Part shown: positions 1 to 8,679 of the stretch, one piece after another | How positions within the stretch are numbered: the first letter of the stretch is position 1 | Layout of the letters: every line of letters starts with the position of its first letter | From: Micrococcus luteus NCTC 2665 | GTDB taxonomy: Bacteria > Actinomycetota > Actinomycetes > Actinomycetales > Micrococcaceae | DNA: 32,000 bases | Assembly (NCBI RefSeq): GCF_000023205.1 | Contig: NC_012803.1 | Location: forward strand, 1,050,001 to 1,082,000 | Direction: 5' to 3' | Made by a program: the position numbers and the translations under genes | The notes under the pieces: model-generated | Databases searched by the model: none | Seen by the model: the letters and a program-made list of their open reading frames with translations, nothing else | Told to the model about the DNA's origin: nothing

Positions 1-228
1 CGTGCGGGAGGCGGCCGCCAGCGCCTGGGCGAGCACCTGGCCGCCGAACACCCGGCCGTGCGTCTGCCGGGGGGTCGTGCCCGTGAAGCGGACCTGACCC
101 GTCACCGGGTCCGGCGCGGCCGGCGTCAGCTCCAGGATCCCGCGCAGCGTTTCGGTGGGGTCCTTCGGGGCCGAGGCCGGGCGGACCGGTGCGTGACCGG
201 GGCGGGGACGGGGATGGCGCTGCGGCAC
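1..228 (-). CDS. tesB: Acyl-CoA thioesterase II, N-terminal part (gene continues past the left edge)
   Basis: Not in the ORF track because it has no stop inside the window. The reverse-strand frame ending at nt 1 reads from GTG (complement of 226-228): VPQRHPRPRPGHAPVRPASAPKDPTETLRGILELTPAAPDPVTGQVRFTGTTPRQTHGRVFGGQVLAQALAAASRT. The GRVFGGQVLAQAL block is the typical N-terminal motif of TesB-type thioesterases. Start codon choice is uncertain. Confidence 0.6.
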   Translation of the reverse strand, partial: MPQRHPRPRPGHAPVRPASAPKDPTETLRGILELTPAAPDPVTGQVRFTGTTPRQTHGRVFGGQVLAQALAAASRT

Positions 229-306
229 GAACGGCTCTCCTTCGACATGGATGGACCCGCGACGGCGGGGCGGCCCGGGACGCGACGGACCTGGGACAAT
301 GCTTGC

Positions 307-1017
307 ATGACCGAGCACCCCGCCGCCGCCCCCGTCCTCCGCTTCGTCGACGACCGCGCTGTGCGGGACCTCGAGCAGCTGGCCACTCGCGCCCGTCGCG
401 TCGCCGACACGGGCATGCGCCTGCACGTCGTGCCTGAGGCGGGGCGCTCCCGCACCCCGATGCTCGCCCAGTGGGTCTCCGTGCTGCAGCCGGCCGGGCT
501 CGGAGACGGGGTGCCCGTGGTCCTGGGGCTGCGCACCGTCCCCCTGGCGACCGCCGACGGCGTGGCGGACCTGGACGCCGTCGTCGCCCTGGGCTCCGTC
601 ACCGAGCGCACCGCCCGGATGCGCGGCCAGGACCCCGTCGACCTGGCGTTCGCCGTGCCGCCGGGCCGCGAGCACGTCACCTGGACCGCGCTGACCCCGC
701 CCCGCGGCGGCTGGACGCCCGTGGCCGAGGTCGCCGACGAGGAGCTGGCCGAGGTGGCCACGCGCGGCGCCGACGCCGTGCGGGACGCCCTGCCCGAGAA
801 CCCGGGGGAGGCGCTTGTCCGCAGGGTCCGGGCGCAGATGTGGGGACCCCTGCTCGGGGGCGAGGCGCTGCAGTTCCCGGCCGGCATGGCCTTCGGCGCG
901 CACGCGCTGGGCTTCCTGCGGCCGGGCGGCCGTGCCCGGCTCAGCACGGCGGGGCCGTGGACGCGCCTGGACACCCCCGGCGGCTTCGTGCTGGGCCGCC
1001 CCGCCATGGCGGTGTGA
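307..1017 (+). CDS. Hypothetical protein (no domain recognisable by eye)
   Basis: ORF-track frame 58..1017. I start it at ATG 307 (MTEHPAAAPVLRF...) because the upstream 83 codons are Arg/Gly-rich and would overlap the divergent tesB start. Third positions are strongly G/C-biased. TGA stop at 1015-1017. Confidence 0.55.
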   Translation: MTEHPAAAPVLRFVDDRAVRDLEQLATRARRVADTGMRLHVVPEAGRSRTPMLAQWVSVLQPAGLGDGVPVVLGLRTVPLATADGVADLDAVVALGSVTERTARMRGQDPVDLAFAVPPGREHVTWTALTPPRGGWTPVAEVADEELAEVATRGADAVRDALPENPGEALVRRVRAQMWGPLLGGEALQFPAGMAFGAHALGFLRPGGRARLSTAGPWTRLDTPGGFVLGRPAMAV

Positions 1018-1019
1018 GC

Positions 1020-1042
1020 CCGCGCCCCCTGTCGGGGCGCGG
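1020..1042. terminator. Short GC hairpin between convergent genes (bidirectional terminator candidate)
   Basis: ccgcgcccc (1020-1028) / ctgtc loop / ggggcgcgg (1034-1042): a 9-bp perfect stem between the stop at 1017 (+) and the stop at 1055 (-). No U-tract. Confidence 0.4.
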
Positions 1043-1054
1043 ACCGCGGGCCGG

Positions 1055-2128
1055 TCAGGCCGAGTTCTGCAGGGAGTGGGCGGCCCGCTCCAGGTAGTCC
1101 CAGAGTTCAGCCTCGTGCAGCGGTGACAGCTCCAGCGTGTCGACGGCGGCGCGCATGTGCCGCAGCCATGCGTCGCGCGCGGCCGGATCGATCCGGTACG
1201 GGGCGTGGCGCATGCGCAGGCGGGGGTGGCCGCGCTCCTCGGAGTACGTCCGCGGTCCGCCCCAGTACTGCTCCAGGAACATGAGCAGCCGGCGCTGGGC
1301 GCCCTCGAAGTCGTCCTGCGGATACATCGGGGCGAGGATCTCGTCCTCGCGCACGCGGGCGTAGAACTCCGCGGTCAGCCGGTCGAACGTCGGGCGGCCG
1401 CCGACGGCGTCGTAGAAGCTGGTGGCCTGACCGGGCGCGGTCGGGGCTCCCGGGGTCGCGCCGGCAGGGCCCGCCGCGGCGTCGCGGGCGCGCACCTGGT
1501 CCACCGGGGCGGGGGTGCCCTCCTGCATCACCGGCTCGACCTCGGTGGGCCGCTCCGCCAGGCCCGTCACACGGGACGGGCCCTTGGCGACGCGCGGCCG
1601 CAGCACCGCCAGGGGGGCGCCCAGGCGCGCGGAGTGGTCCGGCAGCGTCGGCGTGCCGGTGGGCGGGGCCTCGGGGCGGACCGGCTCGACGACGACCGGG
1701 GCCGAGAGCGAGTTCGCGATGAAGCACAGCCGGTGCGCCTCGGCGTGGAGGGCCTCGGCCCGCTCCCGGTCGGCCTCGTCCTGCAGCGTGACCTCGGGCC
1801 GCAGCGTGATCGCGGTGAACCGCCCGGCGGCGTCGCCGTCCACCTCGAGCTCGCCCTCCACCCCGCACGTCATCCCCGTGACCACGATGCCGGAGGTCGC
1901 CGCGACATGGAGGTACGAGAGCACGTGACACTCGGCGAGCGCGCCGAGCAGGAGGGTCTCCGGGTTCCACTTCGAGTCGTCGCCGCGGAAGGGGCGGGCG
2001 GCCGAGGCCTGGATCTCGCCGACGGCGGCGTCCTGGATCACCACGGAGCGGTCGTAGTCGCGGACGCCGGAGGTGCCCGCGCCGCGGTCGCCCGTCCACT
2101 CGGTGCGCAGGGAGAAGGTGTGCTTCAT
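1055..2128 (-). CDS. Fusion protein: OsmC/Ohr-family peroxiredoxin domain + Pro/Ala-rich linker + group-II truncated haemoglobin (trHbO/GlbO) domain
   Basis: ORF-track 1055..2203 (-). Start moved to ATG at complement 2126-2128 ([21 protein letters not shown], the usual OsmC-family N-terminus). aa 1-149 is an OsmC fold with both Cys contexts ([20 protein letters not shown]). aa ~150-236 is a P/A/T/G-rich linker with no stop codon and all-G/C third positions in the stretch I checked. aa ~237-357 is the trHbO domain (SFYDAVGG...[31 protein letters not shown]...RDAWL), matching M. tuberculosis GlbO motifs as I remember them. Confidence 0.8.
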   Translation of the reverse strand: MKHTFSLRTEWTGDRGAGTSGVRDYDRSVVIQDAAVGEIQASAARPFRGDDSKWNPETLLLGALAECHVLSYLHVAATSGIVVTGMTCGVEGELEVDGDAAGRFTAITLRPEVTLQDEADRERAEALHAEAHRLCFIANSLSAPVVVEPVRPEAPPTGTPTLPDHSARLGAPLAVLRPRVAKGPSRVTGLAERPTEVEPVMQEGTPAPVDQVRARDAAAGPAGATPGAPTAPGQATSFYDAVGGRPTFDRLTAEFYARVREDEILAPMYPQDDFEGAQRRLLMFLEQYWGGPRTYSEERGHPRLRMRHAPYRIDPAARDAWLRHMRAAVDTLELSPLHEAELWDYLERAAHSLQNSA

Positions 2129-2135
2129 GGCCGCT

Positions 2136-2141
2136 ACGTTA
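2136..2141 (-). promoter_or_regulatory. Candidate -10 hexamer TAACGT for a leaderless osmC-glbO transcript
   Basis: The reverse strand reads TAACGT-agcggcc-ATG: a TANNNT hexamer 7 nt upstream of the start codon, with no Shine-Dalgarno between. This is the usual actinobacterial leaderless arrangement. Confidence 0.25.
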
Positions 2142-2205
2142 CCGACTCGCCGAGCGCCGGGAGGCCGTGTGGCCAAGGCGGTGGCACGGAATTCAGAAAA
2201 CATTC

Positions 2206-2234
2206 TTGACGCGGCAAGAGTGTCCAGTTAGCTT
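2206..2234 (+). promoter_or_regulatory. Sigma-70-like promoter candidate for the islet genes
   Basis: TTGACG (2206-2211), 17-nt spacer, TAGCTT (2229-2234), in an AT-rich stretch about 78 nt upstream of ATG 2312. Confidence 0.35.
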
Positions 2235-2311
2235 TGCTTCACCATCGTATGTGATGAGGAACACAGGACGTTTCGTCATGAGGTGCTTTGATCCCATCAG
2301 AAAGTGGGGCC

Positions 2312-2905
2312 ATGTTTCTCCGATCCCTAGTAGCAGCTGCCTTCGCCGCTTCCTCAATTGCAACTCTCGGCGTCGTCCCTGATCCAGTTCAACCAGATGC
2401 CTGCATGGTGTCGGTACCCGCGGACTCGTCGATAACTGAGGGGACGTCCAAATCTTTGGACCTTGGCGCGACCAACGCCACCTGCTGCGTGACGAGCACG
2501 CAGTACTCCTTGACGAGTCGCGACACCCGTATGCCCTTCAATGGTGTCCCGACCTTCCGCAATGGCCCCGGCGGAACACTTTCCGTTGCGCGGTGATACA
2601 GCGGAACCGTGGGCGCACAGGTTACGGCGGGTGCCGAGAGTGAAGTCGGTGCGGTTCTGGCCAGGGCAAAGGTGTCCGTGAGTGGCACCCTGTCGACATC
2701 AAACTCAACGGGGTCTACGAACACTTACACCCGTAATATCGCGTCCGGAAAGATGGGCAATGCGCAGTATGTATCGTACGGCAAAGACATCTCCTACACT
2801 AAGTACAGAATCAATTATAATTGCTCGACGACGACTCTTGCCACTGGGCGCATCAAGTACCCGACGTCGACGGAGGGTTGGTACTACTGGGAGACGACGC
2901 CGTGA
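2312..2905 (+). pseudogene. Secreted Ser/Thr/Tyr-rich protein of unknown family, interrupted by one in-frame TGA
   Basis: ORF-track 2288..2596 and 2609..2905 share a frame and are separated only by TGA 2594-2596 (...TLSVAR*YSGTVGAQV...). From ATG 2312, MFLRSLVAAAFAASSIATLGVVP looks like a Sec signal peptide. The mature part has 4 Cys and is beta-strand-like (YTKYRINYNCSTTTLATGRIKYPTSTEGWYYWETTP). It could instead be a sequencing error or two separate products. Confidence 0.55.
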
Positions 2906-3432
2906 GACGGGGCCCATGCATGGCGGGCGGGCTGATTGCCGCATTGGCGCTGTCAGGATGCGGCTCCACGACATCGAGTCCACCGGGAAGCTCCGCCGGG
3001 GAGACGGTCACGGCCTCGACGGCGACGAGCGTAGGCAGCGCGTCATCACCCGACGCGGCCTCTCCGACGCCCGGAGGTCAAGACTCCGAGAGCGCGCGGC
3101 AACAGATCCCCACCGACGCGGTCGCGGCGCAGGAGTTCGGACCCGAGGCCCAGGTCGGCACGACCGGACGGGTCCTCGGCGATCAAGGCTACGACGTCAC
3201 GGGCCACTGCTCGGGCGGCACCGAGGTCTCCTACCGGGTCCTACTCGACGGTGAGACGGTCGTCAGTGGTTCCCTCCTGTGCGGGGCCGAACAGCGCAAC
3301 ACCGGATTGCTCCAGGGCGACGCCGGAGAGGTCCAGGTCAACGTCGAAGGTGTCGACGTGAACGGGATCCGCGGGTTCGTGGCGCTCGTGCCCGCCAGCG
3401 CGGACGAGGGTGAGACCGCCCCTCCGGGCTAG
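2902..3432 (+). CDS. Lipoprotein of unknown function
   Basis: ORF-track 2821..3432. Start placed at GTG 2902 (VRRGPCMAGGLIAALALSGC/GSTT: charged n-region, hydrophobic core, LSGC lipobox), which overlaps the upstream stop as GTGA (2902-2905). ATG 2920 is the alternative. The mature N-terminus is an S/T/P/A-rich tether. TAG stop at 3430-3432. Confidence 0.7.
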   Translation: MRRGPCMAGGLIAALALSGCGSTTSSPPGSSAGETVTASTATSVGSASSPDAASPTPGGQDSESARQQIPTDAVAAQEFGPEAQVGTTGRVLGDQGYDVTGHCSGGTEVSYRVLLDGETVVSGSLLCGAEQRNTGLLQGDAGEVQVNVEGVDVNGIRGFVALVPASADEGETAPPG

Positions 3433-3486
3433 GCCGTCCGTCCCTCCGGGCTGACCACATGGACGGCGCCTGAGCGCCGCACGGCA

Positions 3487-3520
3487 GATGACCCGCTGCG
3501 CCATCGCGCAGCGGGTCATC
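3487..3520. terminator. 15-bp perfect hairpin between the convergent lipoprotein gene and pepN
   Basis: gatgacccgctgcgc (3487-3501) / catc loop / gcgcagcgggtcatc (3506-3520). No U-tract. Confidence 0.55.
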
Positions 3521-3592
3521 CGCCTCCCGAGAGGCACAGTCGAGAGGACCGCACTGCCTCAGCCCACCTCGACCTTGTGCCAGGCCCTGGGA

Positions 3593-6199
3593 TCAGGCCG
3601 CCTCGCGGGCGGCCAGGGCGCGGACGGTCTCGTCCCGGCCCTCGGCGAGGACGCGGGACAGCCCCGCGCGGGTGTCGGCCAGCCGCTCGGACAGGGCGGT
3701 GGCGCGGTCGGCGATCTCCGGGGTGACCTGGGCGGCCGGGTAGCCCAGCGTCGCGGCGGTCTCGGCCATCTCGTGCGAACGGGAGTCCCACATCGCCTCG
3801 ACGCCCTCGAAGTAGGCGTCCGCGAACGGCGCGATCAGGGCGGCGTCGTGGACCCGGGCGAACCCGATCAGGGCCTGGCGCTGCTCCGTGTTGGACAGCT
3901 CGCCGGCCATCACCCGGTCCCAGGCCGCGCGCTTGGCCTCGGCCGTCGGCACGGCGGCCCGGGCCTGGACCGCGGCGAGCGCGCCCGTAGCGGTCGCGTC
4001 GGCGCGCTCGGCCTCGGCGATCTCGGCCTCCCCGGCGCGTCCCGCCGCCACGAGCGCGGTGAGCAGCTCCCAGCGCAGGTCCGTGGTGAGGTCCAGCCCG
4101 GGCACGGTGCGGGTGCCGTCCACGAGGGCGGCCAGGCGGTCCAGCTGCGCCGTGGTGCGCGCGTGCAGGGCGAACGCCTTGACGAACTGCAGCTGGTTGT
4201 CCGAGCCGTCCTCGGCCTCCGCGACGAGGCCCCACAGCCGGTCGGCCGCCGCGACCCGCACGGCCTCGGCCTGGTCCTCGGGCAGGTACAGGCCGATCGC
4301 CGTCGCGAGCTGGCGCAGCAGCGTCTGCACCACGGACGAGTCCCGCTCGTGGCCGACGTTGGCGAGGACGAGGTCGACGAACCAGGCGGCGGAGGCCTCG
4401 CCGTCGCGCACGGTGTCCCAGGCCGCCCCCCACAGCAGCGTGCGCGCCAGCGAGCCGTCCACATCCTTCAGACGGGTGGACGCGGCCTCCCACGAGGCGT
4501 CGTCGAGGCGCAGCTTGGCGTAGGCCAGGTCGTCGTCGTTGGGCAGGATCACGGCGGGACGACGGCGGCCGGCGGCCTCGACGACCTCGGTCACCTCCCC
4601 GGCCACGTCGAGCTCGAAGCGCTCGGTGCGGATCAGGCGGCCGGTGGCCTCGTCCACGTCGTAGAAGCCCACGGCCAGACGGTGGGGGCGGAGCACGTCG
4701 TCGCCGGGCGCCGACGGTGAGCCGTCCGGGGCGCTCTGGCGCAGACGCAGCGCGGTGATGGTGCCGGCCTCATCCGTCTCCACCTCGGTGCGCAGCGTGT
4801 TCACGCCCGAGGTCTCGAGCCACACGCGGGTCCACTCGGACAGGTCGCGGCCGGACGCGGCCTCGAGCTCGGTCATGAGGTCCGGCAGCTCCGTGTTCTG
4901 CCACGCGTGCTTGGCGATGTACGCGCGGACGCCGACCATGAAGTTCTCCTGGCCCACCCAGGCCACGAGCTGGCGGAGCACCGAGGCGCCCTTGGCGTAG
5001 GTGATGCCGTCGAAGTTGACGAGCACGTCGTCGAGGTCGCGGATCCGGGCCTTGATGGGGTGCGTGGAGGAGAGCTGGTCCTGGCGGTAGGCCCAGTTCT
5101 TCTCCATGGAGGAGAAGGTGGTCCAGGCGCCGGTGTACTGCGTGTTCTCAGCGGCGGCGAGGGTGGACATGAACTCGGCGAAGGACTCGTTGAGCCACAG
5201 GTCGTTCCACCAGCGCATGGTGACCAGGTCGCCGAACCACATGTGGGCGAGCTCGTGGAGGATCGTGATGGCGCGGCGCTCGATCAGCGCCTCCGGCACG
5301 GTCCCGCGGAAGACGTACGACTCGAGGAAGGTCACACAGCCGGCGTTCTCCATCGCGCCGGCGTTGAACTCGGGCACGAACAGCTGGTCGTACTTCTCGA
5401 ACGGGTAGGCGTGGCCGTACTGGGCCTCGAAGAACTCGAAGCCCTGGCGGGTGAGCTCGAAGACGTTCTCCGCATCCAGGTGCTCCACCAGCGACGCGCG
5501 GCAGTAGACGCCGAGGGGGATCGTGCGGCCGTCGGCGCTGGTCAGCTCCGAGTGCACGGAGGCGTACGGGCCGGCGACGAGCGCGGTGATGTAGGAGGAG
5601 ATGCGCGGGGTGGGCTTGAACTCCCAGACCGCGGCGTCCACCCCCTGCGGGTTCTCCTCGTTCGCCACGACGCCGAGGGTGCGGCGGGAGGCCTCCGGCT
5701 GGTTGGACACCACGGCCCAGTGCGCCGGGGCGGTCACCGTGAAGTGGAACGAGGCCTTGAGGTCGGGCTGCTCGAACACAGCGAACATGCGGCGGGAGTC
5801 CGGCACCTCGAACTGGGTGTAGAGGTAGACCTCCTGGTCCACGGGATCCACGAACCGGTGCAGGCCTTCGCCGGTGTTGCTGTAGTCCCCGAGGCCGTCG
5901 ACCACGAGGGTGTTCTGCGCCGCCAGCGGGCCGATCCGCAGTCGGGCGCCGTCGAAGTCCGCCACGTCCAGCGCCTCGCCGTTGAGGGTCACCGAGGGGG
6001 CCTGCCCGGCCACGTAGTCGATCCACGTGTGGGTGCCCACCGCGTCCTCCGCGGCCGCGAACGTGACGGTGGTGGCCGTGCGGAAGTGCTCCGCTCCGCG
6101 GGTGAGGTCCAGGCTCACCTCGTACGCGTCCACAGTGAGGGCGGCCGCGCGTGCGGCGGCCTCTTCGCGGGTGATGTTCATGGCGGCGGCGGTGGTCAC
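3593..6199 (-). CDS. pepN: Aminopeptidase N (M1 gluzincin)
   Basis: ORF-track 3593..6442 (-). Contains the GAMEN exopeptidase motif (FNAGAMENAG) and HELAHMWFGDLVTMRWWNDLWLNESFAEF (HExxH-18-E). Start set at GTG complement 6197-6199 (VTTAAAMNITREEAAARA) because AGGAGGAG lies 7 nt upstream. ATG at 6181 is the alternative. Confidence 0.93.
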   Translation of the reverse strand: MTTAAAMNITREEAAARAAALTVDAYEVSLDLTRGAEHFRTATTVTFAAAEDAVGTHTWIDYVAGQAPSVTLNGEALDVADFDGARLRIGPLAAQNTLVVDGLGDYSNTGEGLHRFVDPVDQEVYLYTQFEVPDSRRMFAVFEQPDLKASFHFTVTAPAHWAVVSNQPEASRRTLGVVANEENPQGVDAAVWEFKPTPRISSYITALVAGPYASVHSELTSADGRTIPLGVYCRASLVEHLDAENVFELTRQGFEFFEAQYGHAYPFEKYDQLFVPEFNAGAMENAGCVTFLESYVFRGTVPEALIERRAITILHELAHMWFGDLVTMRWWNDLWLNESFAEFMSTLAAAENTQYTGAWTTFSSMEKNWAYRQDQLSSTHPIKARIRDLDDVLVNFDGITYAKGASVLRQLVAWVGQENFMVGVRAYIAKHAWQNTELPDLMTELEAASGRDLSEWTRVWLETSGVNTLRTEVETDEAGTITALRLRQSAPDGSPSAPGDDVLRPHRLAVGFYDVDEATGRLIRTERFELDVAGEVTEVVEAAGRRRPAVILPNDDDLAYAKLRLDDASWEAASTRLKDVDGSLARTLLWGAAWDTVRDGEASAAWFVDLVLANVGHERDSSVVQTLLRQLATAIGLYLPEDQAEAVRVAAADRLWGLVAEAEDGSDNQLQFVKAFALHARTTAQLDRLAALVDGTRTVPGLDLTTDLRWELLTALVAAGRAGEAEIAEAERADATATGALAAVQARAAVPTAEAKRAAWDRVMAGELSNTEQRQALIGFARVHDAALIAPFADAYFEGVEAMWDSRSHEMAETAATLGYPAAQVTPEIADRATALSERLADTRAGLSRVLAEGRDETVRALAAREAA

Positions 6200-6374
6200 G
6201 GTCGGACTCCTCCTGGGGTCGGGCGGATGCGGCACGGCCGGGACCTGTGATGGGGGCCACGGCACAGTGCTCCCCAGTGTGCCACCTGGCCCGGACGTCG
6301 TCGTCGGCGTCTGAGCGCCCCGCTCCTCACTAGACTGGCGGGGACCCGAGCCACCGCCCCCAAGGAGTCTGCGC

Positions 6375-6848
6375 ATGCGCGTCCACATCGCCACCGACCA
6401 CGCCGGCATGGAGCTGTCCGCCCACCTCGTGGAGCACCTCACCGCCGCCGGCTACGAGATGGTGGACCACGGACCCACCGAGTACGACCCGCAGGACGAC
6501 TACCCGGGCTTCTGCATCAACGCCGCCCGCGCCGTCGTCGCCGACCGCGAGCAGGGGCTGGACTCGCTCGGCATCGTGCTGGGCGGCTCCGGCAACGGCG
6601 AGCAGATCGCCGCCAACAAGGTGGCCGGCGTCCGCGCCGCCCTGGCCTGGAACCTGGACACGGCGCGGCTGGCCCGCGCGCATAACGACGCGAACGTCGT
6701 GGCCGTCGGCGGTCGGCAGCACTCGCTCGAGGAGGCCACCGAGCTCATCGAGGCGTTCCTGGCCGAACCGTTCTCCCAGGACGAGCGCCACGTGCGCCGC
6801 ATCGGGAAGATCGCGCACTACGAGGCCACCGGAGAGGTGCTGATGTGA
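6375..6848 (+). CDS. rpiB: Ribose-5-phosphate isomerase B
   Basis: ORF-track 6375..6848. MRVHIATDHAGMELSAHLVEHL...GIVLGGSGNGEQIAANKVAGVRAALAW...ARAHNDANVVAVGGR is typical RpiB/LacAB. AAGGAG at 6362-6367 precedes the ATG. Confidence 0.92.
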   Translation: MRVHIATDHAGMELSAHLVEHLTAAGYEMVDHGPTEYDPQDDYPGFCINAARAVVADREQGLDSLGIVLGGSGNGEQIAANKVAGVRAALAWNLDTARLARAHNDANVVAVGGRQHSLEEATELIEAFLAEPFSQDERHVRRIGKIAHYEATGEVLM

Positions 6849-7761
6849 GTGCCTGAGGGCCACTCCGTCCACCGTCTCGCGCGCCAGTTCACCGACGTCT
6901 TCGGCGGCCGCCGGATCCGCGCCACGAGTCCACAGGGCCGCTTCGCCGAGGGGGCCGCCCTGCTCGACGGCCCAGGTCCTCGAGCGCGCCCGGGCCCACG
7001 GCAAGCACTTCTTCGCCGACGTCTCCGGCGGCCACGTGCTCCACGTGCACCTGGGCATGTACGGGGCGTGGACCTTCGGCGGGGATCAGGACTTCGCGGC
7101 CGCGTCCTCGATCGGCGCCCCCCGCCGGATCGGCGAGCGGGAGGTCCACGACGACGGCGCCCCGGCCGCCGAGCCCTGTCGCGACGCCGACGGCTGGGTC
7201 CAGCCGCCGTCGCCGGCCGCCACGGTCCGGCTGCGACTGCGCGCCGAGCACGGCTGGGCCGACCTGATCGGCGCGAGCCGGTGCCGCGCACTCACCCCGG
7301 CCGAGGCTGCCGACGTCGTCGCCGGTCTCGGCCCGGATCCGCTCAACGACGACGATCCTGCGCCGTTCTACGACCTCGCCCGGCGCACGCGGCGGCCGAT
7401 CGGCGTCGTGTTGATGGACCAGGCGGCCGTCAGCGGGATCGGCAACATCTTCCGGGCCGAGGCGCTGTTCCGCGCCGGCATCGACCCGTGGCGGCCGGCC
7501 CGGGAGGTCTCTGCACCTGACCTGGAGTCCCTCTGGGCGGACAACGCCGCGCTCATGCGGGAGGGCGTGCGGCTCGGGCGGATCGTCACCACGCGGCCCG
7601 AGCACCGGCCGGGGATCCCTGCCGAAGCGGCCTGGCCCGAGCACGCGAACTACGTGTACCAGCGGCAGGGCCTCGCCTGCCTCGTGTGCGGGCGCGAGGC
7701 GATCGTGGTGGAGGAGATGGCGGCCCGGAAGCTCTACCGGTGCCTCACCTGTCAGAGCTGA
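6849..7761 (+). pseudogene. nei: Endonuclease VIII / Fpg-family DNA glycosylase (Nei) with a +1 frame disruption
   Basis: The N-terminus MPEGHSVHRLARQFTDVFGGRRIRATSPQGRFAEGAALLDG is in the frame of ORF 6849..7520, and GTG 6849 abuts the rpiB TGA. The rest of the family sequence is in the frame of ORF 7036..7761: QVLERARAHGKHFF...HVHLGMYGAW...LMDQAAVSGIGNIFRAEALFRAGIDPWRP, ending in the zinc finger CLVCG...YRCLTCQ. The frames switch at the CCC run 6971-6973; removing one C restores ALLDGQVLERARAHGKHFF. Length is 913 nt (3n+1). Confidence 0.85.
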
Positions 7762-7780
7762 GGGGCCTGTGGCAGGCCCC
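7762..7780. terminator. Hairpin between convergent nei and the DUF1345 gene
   Basis: ggggcctg (7762-7769) / tgg / caggcccc (7773-7780), filling almost all of the 21-nt gap between the two stops. Confidence 0.45.
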
Positions 7781-7782
7781 GA

Positions 7783-8679
<897 letters not shown>

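Noticed and set aside
58-306. Upstream extension of the hypothetical protein to GTG 58
   Set aside because: It would overlap the divergent tesB coding region completely, and it is Arg/Gly-rich. ATG 307 is preferred.
1421-1681. OsmC and glbO as two separate genes with a spacer
   Set aside because: There is no stop codon anywhere in the frame between the domains, and third positions are G/C in the 23 linker codons I checked (1621-1689). So the sequence as given encodes one polypeptide.
2594-2596. TGA as selenocysteine or programmed read-through in the secreted protein
   Set aside because: I could not fold a convincing SECIS-like hairpin in the 40 nt downstream, and the context TGA-T is not a known leaky context. 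A secreted structural protein is also an unlikely selenoprotein. Pseudogene or sequencing error is more parsimonious.
2389-2724. 111-aa minus-strand ORF spanning the in-frame TGA region of the islet
   Set aside because: It has no signal peptide or recognisable features. The plus-strand frame has a clean signal peptide, a protein-like composition, and start/stop coupling to the lipoprotein gene.
6966-6980. Programmed +1 ribosomal frameshift in nei
   Set aside because: There is no known precedent for Nei/Fpg, no rare codon or stop at the shift site, and no obvious stimulatory structure. A one-base indel in a C-run is simpler.
6849-7520. 223-aa track ORF taken at face value as the nei product
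   Set aside because: After residue ~41 it becomes Arg/Pro/Gly-rich nonsense, while the family-typical sequence continues in the +1 frame. It is the unshifted read-through of a frameshifted gene.
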